A DNA stretch of 64,000 nt from Mytilus trossulus (lineage: Eukaryota), in assembly GCF_036588685.1 (NCBI RefSeq), contig NC_086379.1, positions 40,238,001 to 40,302,000 of the forward strand, in the 5' to 3' direction. Numbering within the stretch: position 1 is the stretch's first letter; the number at the start of each line of letters is the position of its first letter. The position numbers and the translations under genes were made by a program. This document shows, one piece after another, positions 34,501 through 46,925 of the stretch. The notes beneath the pieces are model-generated. The model did not search any database. It saw nothing but the letters and a program-made list of their open reading frames with translations, and had not been told where the DNA came from.

Positions 34501-37496
34501 ATGCATAATCAATAACTGTTTATGTATAATATATAAATCACTCAATTCAAGATAGATTTGACGGTTACTTAGATTTACTGACAAAACACTTATATAAGAA
34601 GTCAAAAATACATTTGTCTATTTATCGTATACAGAAAGACAGTTATAGGGCCATTGGGCAAGTTCTCCTGTTTTTTTTCCCACAGAAATTCAAAATTTAA
34701 AAGTTTTCACACAATACTGGAATTCGAATAGTAAAATGCTGGTGTCATATACATTTCCATGTTATTAAGCTAGAATTTTCCGTTGATACAAAGTTGCAAA
34801 TTGTTCATGTTGTGTTAAATTTTTAATGTCTCTAAACAAAACAAATCTTGTGTGACGCACAGTTTATAAATCTCTTATGCTGTTTTTGTGAACTGTTTCA
34901 AATTATTTTTTTGTATTCGATGTTACTCTGTTGTGAACATGTTGATCGTATTATATTATTAATTTACGTATTTCTCTGTCTTGAGTGTTTTTGAATTTAT
35001 TTTGAACTTTGTCCTTGTCATTTTAGCGTTTTATCTAACATTGTCATAAAGCGCGATGTTTGTCTATCCACAAAACTAGGTTCAACCCACCATTTTTTTA
35101 AATGCCTTGTATCAAGTCAGGAATATGGCAGTTGTTCCCTAATAGTTCGTTTCTATGTATGTTGAATTGTCGTTTTTTGTTGTTGCACTTCATAGTCTTT
35201 GTTGTTTACTAGTTGTTTTCCTCTTATAGTTGATGTGTTCCACTCTGTTTTAGTTTGTTACACAGATTTGTTTAATCTCAATCAATTTATGACCTTTGAA
35301 CAGCGGTATACTACTTTACCTTTTTTTAAATGAAAGACCATTCAAGTTTTACTTCTGTCAAAAACTGTGTGCTTATATATCATTAGGGACATTTCAACTA
35401 ACATCATTTGGAGATTTTCCTCAAAGATCTTCAAAATATTTGCATAGAAAACGGAGCAATTTGTCATGTTTTCTCAATATATTTAAATAACAATTACCAA
35501 AGATAACATGTAATTAGTAAAATAAACAAATATTCGGTTGTAATTTAGTTTCTTCCAACAAGAAGGTAAATAGAGATTCTTTACACTGTTTTCGCTGTAT
35601 ATATTTTCTCTATTCACCTATTCACATTAATCAAGCAGCATACTCCAAATGTTTCGCCTCAGTTTGCTATATGTTTGACACGTGATATAATTTGTATAAA
35701 CACATCTGAAAGCTATGCTTTTGCAATGAAAAATATCTACTATAATTTCAAAATTGAGACGATTCCAGGAAACCTGAACAAACCAAATGGTAAAATAAAT
35801 TTGTATCTTATAAACTCATTTGTTTACGTCGGATACATATGTGTTGCACTGATAAATATATTGTCATCTTGCAAAAAGCTGCTGTTATTGATAATTCATC
35901 TGTTTGTATATAATTACATTAGATGTATGTTTCATTATAATACGTAATTCTGTTTGGCTACACTGCAATCTCGTGTTATTACTTAGTCAATTGCATTACA
36001 CTATAAACATTATCATTCATGATGGCACGAGGTCCCACAATAAAGTGCACAGGTAAATTAAATAAAAAGTTGATAAAAATCGTGTTCCCATAATCCTAGC
36101 TATTATATGTACATGTGTAACTACATGTATTGAATGCGTCTTTTTGTAACTTCACAGGGTTGTAAAAGCGTTGACCGTGCGCACATTTGTAGAACAAAAT
36201 GTACTTCGGTTAACACTTTTACACGCCAATAAAGTTACAAAAAGAAGCATTCAGTTCTTAAATAAACTTCAATGTTTTGTGATTTTTACAATTTCATAGA
36301 TGAATAAGATCGTAGATATAGCTTAAGAAACTGATGATTAGTTTAACATAATGATAAAAAAAGTCTATTATGAAAAAAGTTGTTTTCAAAACTGCATTTG
36401 ACTTTTACTATTTGTAAAATTAATCAATTTAATAGCAACAAAGAGAAAACACATAATTAACATATATGAAAGGATATGCATGGGATCGATGTTTTCTCAA
36501 TGTAACAAAACAAAGCAATGTGTAGGTAGAAACTTTCACCTCTTTAATAGCTGTACCGACTATATGAAAGCCTTTAAAAATAAAAGAAACATAATTGTAA
36601 ATGTCCTACTGATGTCCGAAAAGATCCCATGCACCTGACCTTTGAGCAACGTACATGTGACAAATATTGATATATGTATATTGAAGTCCCCGATGATACA
36701 TATCCTTGCACAAAGCCCTTGAAAATCTAAGCAAGTAACAGAATAGAAAATATGAGCAAGGGACAGAACGTAAATATTCTACCGAATTTCGAAAAGAATT
36801 ATTAATGTACCTAACTTTTGAGCAACTTACATGTGACAAAAATTGTCTATAGAAATCCTAAACGGTATATCCCCATGCGCAAGGATTGTATTGCAATCCT
36901 TGCAAGAAATATGTTACACTTATACCAACTTTTAGGGTCAATTTTGGTTTCTACGATTTTATACATTCCTGGCTTTCAAAGTAAAACTATATATTTACAA
37001 CCACAGATGAAAAATAATTCTATTAATATAGTAGGCCGATGACGAGATTTTTTCCGACGTAGACGTTTTAGTTTCGGTTTGTGCCCTTTGAACTTAAGGA
37101 CGCTTAACTATGGCAACAGAATCCGCATGCCCGAAAATCCTTTCTGTGATTGGACAAAATGCTGTCATGGTGGGTGATTGGGTTGTGTTTGAAAAAACGT
37201 CTCAAAAATGATATCGTGATGGAAAGCAAGTGAAAAACTGTAAATATTTGAACTAGATGTTACAAAGGTTTATATTTGTGATAGTTTTAAACATATACTC
37301 AAATTTAAATACGTCGGATATCTTTTTTAAAGATAGTTCTTGTTTTTACTGTGCTGGACTAACCACGGGGGCCTTGCACAGTCTGATTAAAGTATATGAA
37401 ATAGTAAAAGATAATGTGCCATGCAAAAATATGCAATTGTATTTAAAATAAGAACTATGACTTATCCCAAGCTATACGTATATTAAAGAAAGTAAG

Positions 37497-38089
37497 GCAT
37501 GACACGGGTTATGCACTTCTCATGTTTGTGATAATGGTATGATACCTAACGGGAAGGATTGTGCCTGATATTCATATGATGAAAACATAACATTTCAATC
37601 AGTTTAATTGAAATCTAGAGCTGGCATGTCAATTCACTGCTAGTAGTCTGTTGTTATTTATGTATTATTCTCATTTTTTTTGTTTCCATCTTCTGATATC
37701 AGACTCGGACTTCTCTTGATCTGATTTTTAATGTGTGTATTGTTATGCGTTTACTTTTCTACATTAGCTAGAGGTATAGGGGGAGGGTTGAGATCTCATA
37801 CAAATGTTTAACCCCACCGCATTTTTGCGTCTGTCCCAGGTCAGGAGCCTCTGACCTTTGTTAGTCTTGTTTTATTTTAAATTTAGTTTCTTGTGTACAA
37901 TTTGGAAATTAGTATGGCGTTCATTATAACTGAACAAGTATATATTTGTTTACGGGCAAGGTGAAGGACGCCTCCGGGTGCGGAAATTTCTCGCTACATT
38001 GAAGACCTGTTGGTGACCTTCTGCTGTTGGTTCTTTCTGTGGTCGGGTTGTTGTCTCTTTGACACATTTCCCATTCCATTCTCAATTTT
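37497..38089 (-). repeat. Near-complete copy of dispersed repeat family A
   Basis: Matches 7290-8040 / 11663-12415 and 26958-27087. Contains the core GTTTAACCCCRCCGCATT...TGTCCCARGTCAGGAGCCT. Confidence 0.8.
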
Positions 38090-38529
38090 GTTATCGTTTA
38101 TTGTCCCATGACCTTAAATTTAACTTCATCATTCAAATGGTCATGCAGTGGTTTACAACTGTTTCATCAGTAAGTGTTTATGAATTGAGCATACTACAAG
38201 GCACATTGACAGACTGGCATAAAGTAATTGAATTCAATCATCTCTTTAACGTTTTGGACTAAAATCTATCCTATGAGTAGGAAGTATTGAACTCCATGAT
38301 ATTCCTTTGTCTGGTACAATATTTTGATATACATTCAATGCATGGGGAACGTTGTTTACTTTTATGTATAAGTATGGCAAGGCTCCGTTTTGAAGTAAAT
38401 TTTTTCTACCTATAATTGTTCGTTATACATTGTGACTTGGATTGAAAATTGTTTGGTTGACATTCCTGCCATATCTTCTTGTTTATATTTGTCATATCTT
38501 ATATGTTTTAATTATGGTCAGAGTGCTCT

Positions 38530-38673
38530 CATTATGCTCTTCAACTTCGTACTTTATTTGGCCTTTTTAACTTTTTTGGATTCGAGCGTCACTAATGAGT
38601 CTTTTGTAGACGAAACGCGCATCTGGCGTATACTAAATTTAGTCCTGGTATCTGGTATCGATGAGTTTATTTA
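38530..38673 (+). repeat. Dispersed repeat family D ('TTCGAGCGTCACTGATGAGTCTTTTGTAGACGAAACGCGC')
   Basis: Further copies at about 42960-43212, 32420-32503 (reverse) and 30420-30500. Confidence 0.7.
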
Positions 38674-40160
38674 GATGTTTACAAAATCACTTTTGTTAAG
38701 AACCTTATTGAAGATAGTAAAAATGGGTGGTCCCACATTGCTTTTATAAACGTAAATATCTAAATAATTGAAGTACAACAAAAAAGACATAAATACATTT
38801 TAAAGCGAATAACTGTCCCATAATAAGTTGGTACAAATTTCAACCCATTGTTTTTGTAAATAGAAAGGCTTGTAAATAATTTTACAGCAATGTTAAGTTT
38901 AATTTAATTTGACAATCAAAGACTACTGTTTGTTTTACGTGCATTGTTTGCTTTCATTGGACCAATCAACGATCAGAACATGTTCTAATGCACTTTATAA
39001 ATTAGAAGATTGCTCTTAAATTGATGTGAGGACATCACAAGCCATTGTCTCATTAAATCTAAAAAGTAACAAGAGCAATTTTGAAATATAAAGTCTTCTT
39101 TCATGTGTTTTATGTGGAATTTAATAACTTGTAAAAATAACAGTAAAATAAATCGACAAACAACAACAGAACGGACGGAAGACATGACAAGTCGCTTACA
39201 TCCATCATGGAACTACAAAGCTCATAACTTCCGTTTTCAAGGTTAATATGATGTTTTTCACAACAAGACAAATGATGGCATCATATCTATGAGCGATCCG
39301 ATTTTTTAGAAAGAAAAAATGATGAACATGCACACTTACGGAAACTGTTTATAGGATTTTACAGCTTAATATTATCATTGTTCTAAAAAGAAACATGCTG
39401 ATAGCATTAAGAAGCATTTAAAATGCTTTATGATGTAATATACGGAAACACCGGTTCATTACACCATATAAATGGTTGTTATGTTGCCTGATTGTAAAAT
39501 CCTAACAGGAAATCTCTTTTAATTTACTGACATAAAATATTTGTTTTTCCCACTTTATTCGCATATTTGTAACTGCTGTTAATCAATAAGTTAGCAGGAT
39601 ATTCTTTTCAGTGACTTACTATTCAGACTTGGACTGAGAACAAACATACATTCAATCTTTTAATTTCCTACTGTGAAAATCTTTTTGACACGAAAACGAC
39701 AAGATAATACGCTCTTACAATGTTAGTTTTCCCCGATGGACTAAGTTAGTGTCGATGGATTTCATTATATGGCTGTGTTTATCTTGGACTTAATACGAAT
39801 GGTAATTGATAGATTCTGTTTTTTTATCGACAGGTTTTTGATCAATACACACGGTACTATAACCTGATAAACAAACCAATACAAAATATAAATAGCAAGG
39901 TCTAATCGTTCTGACGTTTTACAATCTTTGAATTAGGAAATATTAAAAAACGATCCAAAAGCTGATAGAAAAACAAATAATCATAAAAAAAACATAAAAC
40001 AGCCATATATGCTCCAGATAAATGGACACACGTAGTGTGACGTGTTTCCGATTGTTTTGTCTCATCAACCACCATCTTGATCAATTATAGTTAAACAATA
40101 ATATCTCAGCAAAACGACCTTACCTTATGATAAATAAGACATAAGAATTATTATTATTAA

Positions 40161-40616
40161 GGGTGTACCCAACGCCTTCACTAACACTAAGTTGGCTCGT
40201 TTACTAGTAATTTTCCTAAATTCATAAAATTTTGACAAAAATTTTCTTTGATCCTTTGAAAAAATATAAAAATTTCAAAACACTTGAAACCACAGACTTT
40301 ATCGTTTGGACATACAACAGTTTGACTAGCAACAATTTTGATATTTGAGACGCTTACCCTTCTGGAGCACCTGTGATCACAACAAGGTTTTGGTGGGGTT
40401 CCTGTTGCTTTATATTTAGTTTTCTATATTGTGTCATGTGAACTTATATTTGTCTGTTTGTCCTTTTTTAGCCTTGGCGTTGTCAGTTTATTTTCGATCT
40501 ATGACTGTCCCTCTGGTATCTCTCACCCTCTTTTAATATTCCCTTAACGAACATTCTTAATTCAAACGTTTAGCGGATGTTCACAGAGTTATCTCCTTGA
40601 AGTGCTATATATCACC
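40161..40616 (-). mobile_element. Older Kolobok-like MITE (same family as 59889-60161) with nested family C insertion at about 40358-40533
   Basis: TTAA on both flanks. The two halves match the reverse complement of 59889-60161 once the insert is removed. Confidence 0.75.
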
Positions 40617-43600
40617 TTAAGTAATTATTCACACTAATTTAGTGGTGTGTTTTAAATATAAACTAACACTTATAAAATATATGAGCGACTTTATAGAATA
40701 TATTTTTTGTTGTTGCATGCTCAAATTCAGAGTTGGAACTACATTGTCATATCTATGAAATGACATTCATATTCGGAGATACTAGCGATATATAAAAACC
40801 GATGTTTAATGCCATATATAAATGAAAATATGTAGTTTGAATCTTATCAAAATAATCGACAATGTATGACATTAAAACTTTTGATATAATAACAAAAAAA
40901 ATACCTCCGCTGCAAACTTTAAACGGAGAGACCATAAGCAAATGGCAATATCAAAAGCTCAAACGAATCAAACGAACAGTTGACAACTGTCATATTTCTT
41001 AATTGGTACAAACATTTTTTTATGTAGAAATAGGGTTTTAACCCGGTTTTGCAGCTATCTCAACCTCTCACTTGTGTAACAGCCGCATAAAATTACATTA
41101 TATTGACAACGATGTAATTTTGTGATAGGCAATTGATTCGTTTGTCACTATGAACAGCATGCAATCAAAAGTAAATTAATGTCTCATTGGCACTTACACC
41201 ACATCTTCCTATATCTATATAATAGATTTATTACCGAAACGAACGTCCATTGATTCAATATAAGAGTTTTAGAAAATGGATTTTAAGAGTTTTAAAAGAT
41301 TCAAACCCTCCAAACTCACGGGTAAGTTTTCAGCCTCGTAATACTAATAATCAAGATAACCCAATGATGAATAAAGAGTTTGTTTGGTTTGTTAACTGAT
41401 ATTTTAGATAATTCTTGTTTTATTTTTATTTCATTGTGCAGGTTTAAAACTTTGAAAAGTTGCGTTCACCTGCATGTTTAAAAGTTCGCACGTAGGCACT
41501 AAGATTGGTATAAAATTAGCACTAAAAATGTCCAACTGTCATAAACAGCTTTGAAACGCATTTGTGTGTACTTTTGATTAATACGAGCGTCATAGCTACT
41601 GTAAAAATAAATTTAACATTAAAATTACAACCATGATACAATTAAAGTTATTGTAGTATTCTTTGAAAACCAATTCAACTATTACTCGTATTAACATCAA
41701 TGTCTTCTACACACATTTTATGCTGATGAAAATTCAATGATGTTTTACAATGTTGATTTTTATCAAATATTTTTACGTTTAATTTGAAATTTAATTGAAT
41801 TTTATATATTGTACTAGCGTCGTAAAAATGTGATCAATTGTTTTCATTCTAATTAGTAGATATTTTAACAATTTTATCTCTTAAAGTTTTCACTTGCAGC
41901 GTCTTTCGTAAAGAATTAATACATACAGAAATTAAAATGAAAAAATTATAATAATAATAAAAAAAACTTCACGCACGTTCAAAGTAAGTTAGTTATCTTA
42001 CCACGAGACTAAACGCATTAACAATAATGCATGCACCTTAAAACTGCATTGGGTTAATTCAATTGAAAGCAAATACTTTTTGTTGAATTGGCATCATACT
42101 ATGTCAAATGAAAGTAATCAAATGCTTCTAAAAATAAGTTGTCTCTATCAAGGAACAAATTATGCAATGTACAGAATTTTTTACTTGCACCCCAAAATCG
42201 AACTCGGTTAATTCAATATAAAGAGACTATTTTTTTGTTAAATTGACACCATAGTACTTTGTTCATTAAACTAATTTAATACTTCTTCAATAAATGTCTC
42301 TAAGGAACAAACTGTGCACGTTCTTTGAAGTCTGAAAAAAACCAAAAGAACCAGACATAGCGAACGAGTTGGAAATAATCAGGATAAAAAACAAGTACTG
42401 AAGACAACTTATTCCTCCCTAGATAACTTATAGTGATTATTGTCGTCCGCCCACTACTTCATTTACTTATGCCTCATCATTTCTTTCACTTTCCATTTAG
42501 TGTTTTTTGTCTATTTCGTTTGATAACCGATGCACGAGAATGTTTAACGCTATTTTGCAGGTTCGATGGACATTATAAAAATTTGTTTGAAGTTAACAAC
42601 GATGCGAACCAAAACTAAGTGATAAAAATTGTCAATATCGTTATAGCTAGGTGCGATGAGAATATTTAAAGATCAATTAGTAAAGTGAATAAAAAAGTAT
42701 CTCAACTTCTTATGTAATAAATTGACCGAAGAATAAAACGATATTTGTTTGATCGATGTGTATATTTCCTAATTATACATGATAAGTCTTACACATTGCA
42801 TCTTTCATGTATAAAAAAATTAACTGAAAATATGTTAGCACTAAGTATTTTCAATATGTTATATATAATAGTGGTAAAGTGTAAATAGTGCAGGTCCCAA
42901 AAGGTCCACCCACATTATTTCATTATGTTGGTGTTGGTCCTTAAGCTCTTCAATTGTCAACTATAAATTAACTGTTTACAAAACATTGACTTTTATTGAA
43001 TACTAAGGCTTATCTTTCTAAGGAATAGATAACATAAATTGTATTTGGCAACACTTTAAGAAATTTTGCTTCCTTAATGTTCTTCAATTTTGTACTTTAT
43101 TTAGCTTTTATAATTATTTTTATTCGAGCGTCACTGGTTGGTCTGTTTTAGACGAAACGCGCGTCTGGCGCAAGTACGAAATTTCAATCCTGGTATCTAT
43201 GGTGAATTTATTTCGGACGCATGACATTTATATAACGTGTTGTTTTCATTTTTACATCACTGGGTCGATACCTCTGCTGGTTGACTATCAGTCTATAAGG
43301 GTATCGTCAGGTAAGGAGTTACGTGTAGTTCCTCTGTACTGACATGATTTATAACAATTTTTCCTAAAATTGTCTGTTTATACATTTTGAAAAAAATATA
43401 TAAAGAAACTTATGTTTCAACTTCCTGAGTCATTGTTGGCCTGAAATAGATTGGCTGTTTCGTTAGGTCATTTCTATTCATAAAGCTTTTTCAATTGTTT
43501 CCGTACTTATACATCCTTGTCTTTTTAAATATAAAGGACAGACTGGCGCTTCGTACGCGTGAAATATATAACGTGTTGTTTGCATTTACTATTATATTAA

Positions 43601-44359
43601 ACAAAATCTTCAAATAGCGTGATACATCTATTATATAATTAATATTTTTTGTTTGATAAATATTATAATAGGGCCCAATACAGCTATATCCAATGTATAG
43701 TAATTTCTGATATAGTCAACATAGTTATTTATTATATGTGAAGTGTTACATTAACGAAATATATTTCCCTTGACAAGAAGCAATCATTGAAGAGAGATCA
43801 CAATACATAAGATACTTGTAATAATAAGTTCAATGTTTCCATTAATTATACGCAACCTAACACATTTTCATTAACTCCTTTTATTTATTGCGTGTTTTAG
43901 CATGTATTATTTCAAAATAAGTGAAGGACATGAAAGATGAAGCTCTAATGAATCGTGTTTTCTCAGCGATCTGTTAAATTTGTGAAGCTATTACGACCCT
44001 CAAAGACACTTTAAGTAAAAATTTGCAAATGGAATGTGACTTTATAAATGATGAAATATCTTCAAAAGAAAAGAAAAAAGAAAGATAATTTGAGAGGTTG
44101 GTTAGTTTATTATGAATAAAGTTGTAATCAAAGCAAGTTAATTTAATGTTTTAGTGTCAATCATTACAAATACTTTGATGAAACGATTTTTTTTTAGAAT
44201 CGCCACCATTTTGCTGAACTGATTGCGAATATCTCTTTTTGCTGACTATGCTTAATTTATATAGTTAATACATATGAAACCTTTTATGTGGTTGATAAAT
44301 TTATAAATGCTTTTTGTGCATCTTTGGTATATATTGGTCTGTTTTTGTTCTTATTGAGA

Positions 44360-44662
44360 TTATGACACAGTGATGCCTGCTGTATCCATATTTCGACAAT
44401 TTACCTGTTATGTCTGTTTTGGTCACGAATACACTGTAGTTGTAAATATGATAGAGTTCGATATGACTGTGCTACAAGTGAGAGGTTTAGCGCTATAAGA
44501 CCAGGTTCAATCCACCATTTTCTACATTTGAAAATGCCTGTCAGGAATATGACAGTTGTCCTTTCGTTTGATGTGTTTTAGCATTTGATTTTGCCATTTG
44601 ATTAGGGACTTTCCGTTTTGAATTTTTCTCGAAGTTCAGTATTTTTGTGATTTAACTTTTTT
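44360..44662 (+). repeat. Dispersed repeat family E ('CCACCATTTTCTACATTTGAAAATGCCTGT...CAGGAATATGACAGTTGT')
   Basis: Related copies at about 35000-35320, 52110-52320 and 18830-19060, and reversed at 40920-41115, 50500-50735 and 53118-53400. Confidence 0.7.
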
Positions 44663-46450
44663 CATATAGTACATATATACATGTTTCAATGCTTATATAT
44701 CGCTCTCTTTTTTGTGTCCTCGGATACACGTTCATATCACATGTTTTTGTTTTAACTTTATCCTCTTAAAGTACCTGATAGCACTCAGGCATTGTATCTT
44801 CTTTACCCTTATGTTTTATGAGTTTTCTGTTTTGACAATCGTGATGTTATCACACCGTATAAAGATGATCTTTCAAGTACTCTGTAGAAGAGCGTATTTT
44901 CTTTGGAAAACATTACCCAAAGTCAAAGTACATCTATAAATTGCTTTTTTTATAATTAAATTATTGAATCTTGAAGCTGTTTACGATGAACGATAATAAT
45001 TCCAACAAGAACAAAGTGTTTGCTCAGTCATTATTAACTATATACATTTTTTAATGAATTTATGTTAACGTATGCGAGTTTCTAAATGTATTATTGCAAA
45101 ATAAGCTTCAAGCATGAAAGATAGCATCAGACTGATTTACTTTTACTACTGATCTGTGAAAAATGACAAAAACATTTAATGTAGGGAGATTCTAGAAATC
45201 ATGGAGGAGTTCAAAAATGAAATATTGCAATTGTATAAATGATAATAAAACAAATTTCAAAGATAATTGATCTGATGTTCTATAATAAATTGTTATCAAT
45301 ATAGCGAATTCATATCACATGTTTTGTATTTATTTAAGACATCGACACTTACATTCCTAATCTTACTTAATGAAAGCATATATATAATGCATAGAATGTG
45401 TAACCTTTTGTCGTAATTCACTATAAAATGATTTAAACAAAGCAATATACTACGATGACACTTAAAACTATACCAGAAAAGATTTATTTAGTGATCACAG
45501 AGACTTAACTGTCAAGACATCGTGTCTTACCCTTCAAAGCTGAAATTGATGACACATATCAAAGGTTGCTGCTCACCATTGCAAATTGAAACAAAAAAGT
45601 AAGATCAAAATCTGCTGTGCATGATTGCCAAGAGCAATTTGGAACATAAATCCTATATACCGATGACCCCGAAATATAAAAAGTAATGAAAGCTTGAAAT
45701 GTTTTTTTTTCAAAGCATAGCCATGTAACGTATTTTCACTTTTTGTGGTATAAGTTGACCATGACTGCAATAGTTATTATATTGCAATAGCTTATATATT
45801 GCAATAGTTTTCATTCTTAAACACAAATAATAATAATCGAATGCCATGTGTTCAATGTGTAATTTAGTCAATGTTAAGCTATTAGATATCACTGGATATT
45901 TCGAATACCACCAAAACTTAGTCTGTTACTGCCTCAGACAAATATCACCAAAGACGGGTTTGACTGGTTTTTTTTGTTTTTTTTTTTATTTTCCGTTTGC
46001 TTTTATCTATGAAAAAAATACTTGCTTTTGATTTCCAAACTTTTTGCAATGAGCGTACCTAGTAATGTTTATCCTTCTCCACAAATAAGTGCGAGGAAAA
46101 CATTTTTTCATTTTATCTCCTTTCATTATTGGAAAGTGCTGAATATATACGAAATATAAACATGAACTTTCTTCAAACTCGGTTGACATATCTCTTAATG
46201 TTTTTATGATCATTAACAGATTCAGATGAATAGTTGTATGGCTTGCCGTTTTTATAATGTTTCATATGTCCATCAGAGTTATCTGCACTCGCTGAGCAGT
46301 AATCAGTATTTTAATACTGACATGATTTATATCAAAACTGTCTGAAGCTGTCTGTTTATAAGGTAAGAAACGATTCGTATACATCCTTTACTTTTAAATA
46401 CTCAGCTTTGAGCAGAGCGTTTATGTTGAAGGTTAATCCTGAAAAGCGCT

Positions 46451-46925
46451 GCTGTAAAAATTTGGTTTAGAATCATATTCAAAACAGTGTGGTTCTGGTC
46501 ATTGAATGACGACCTAAATTATCCCATTGACTTGGACAGATTAGGTGAACGTTTGTCTGCAACGACCATTGCTCACTTCTTACTTATTATAGAATTTAAA
46601 CTGTGGGGTCACCAAAGGTTCTTAACGCCTTTAATAATAAAATAATTCGAAAAATTATTCAGGAATACCTTTATGTTTTGATTCATATTATTGATATAAA
46701 TCAACACATCGTATTATTACGGATTCGTTTTTCAAATTGCTTTATTTAGGTGTTGAGAACCTTTGGTGACCCCACCGTTTCAGTGTCTTTAACAAGTACA
46801 TAGTGAGCAGTGATTGTTACCGACACACGTTCACCTAATCTGTCCCAGTCAATGGGATAATTTAGGTATTCAATCAATGGCCAGGACCACACTGTTTTGA
46901 ATATGATTCTATAGTTTTTTACAGC
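46451..46925. mobile_element. Fold-back MITE with about 200-bp imperfect inverted arms
   Basis: TAGAATCATATTCAAAACAGTGTGG...GGGGTCACCAAAGGTTCT (46468-46622) is mirrored by AGAACCTTTGGTGACCCC...CCACACTGTTTTGAATATGATTCTA (46756-46911). Confidence 0.8.
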
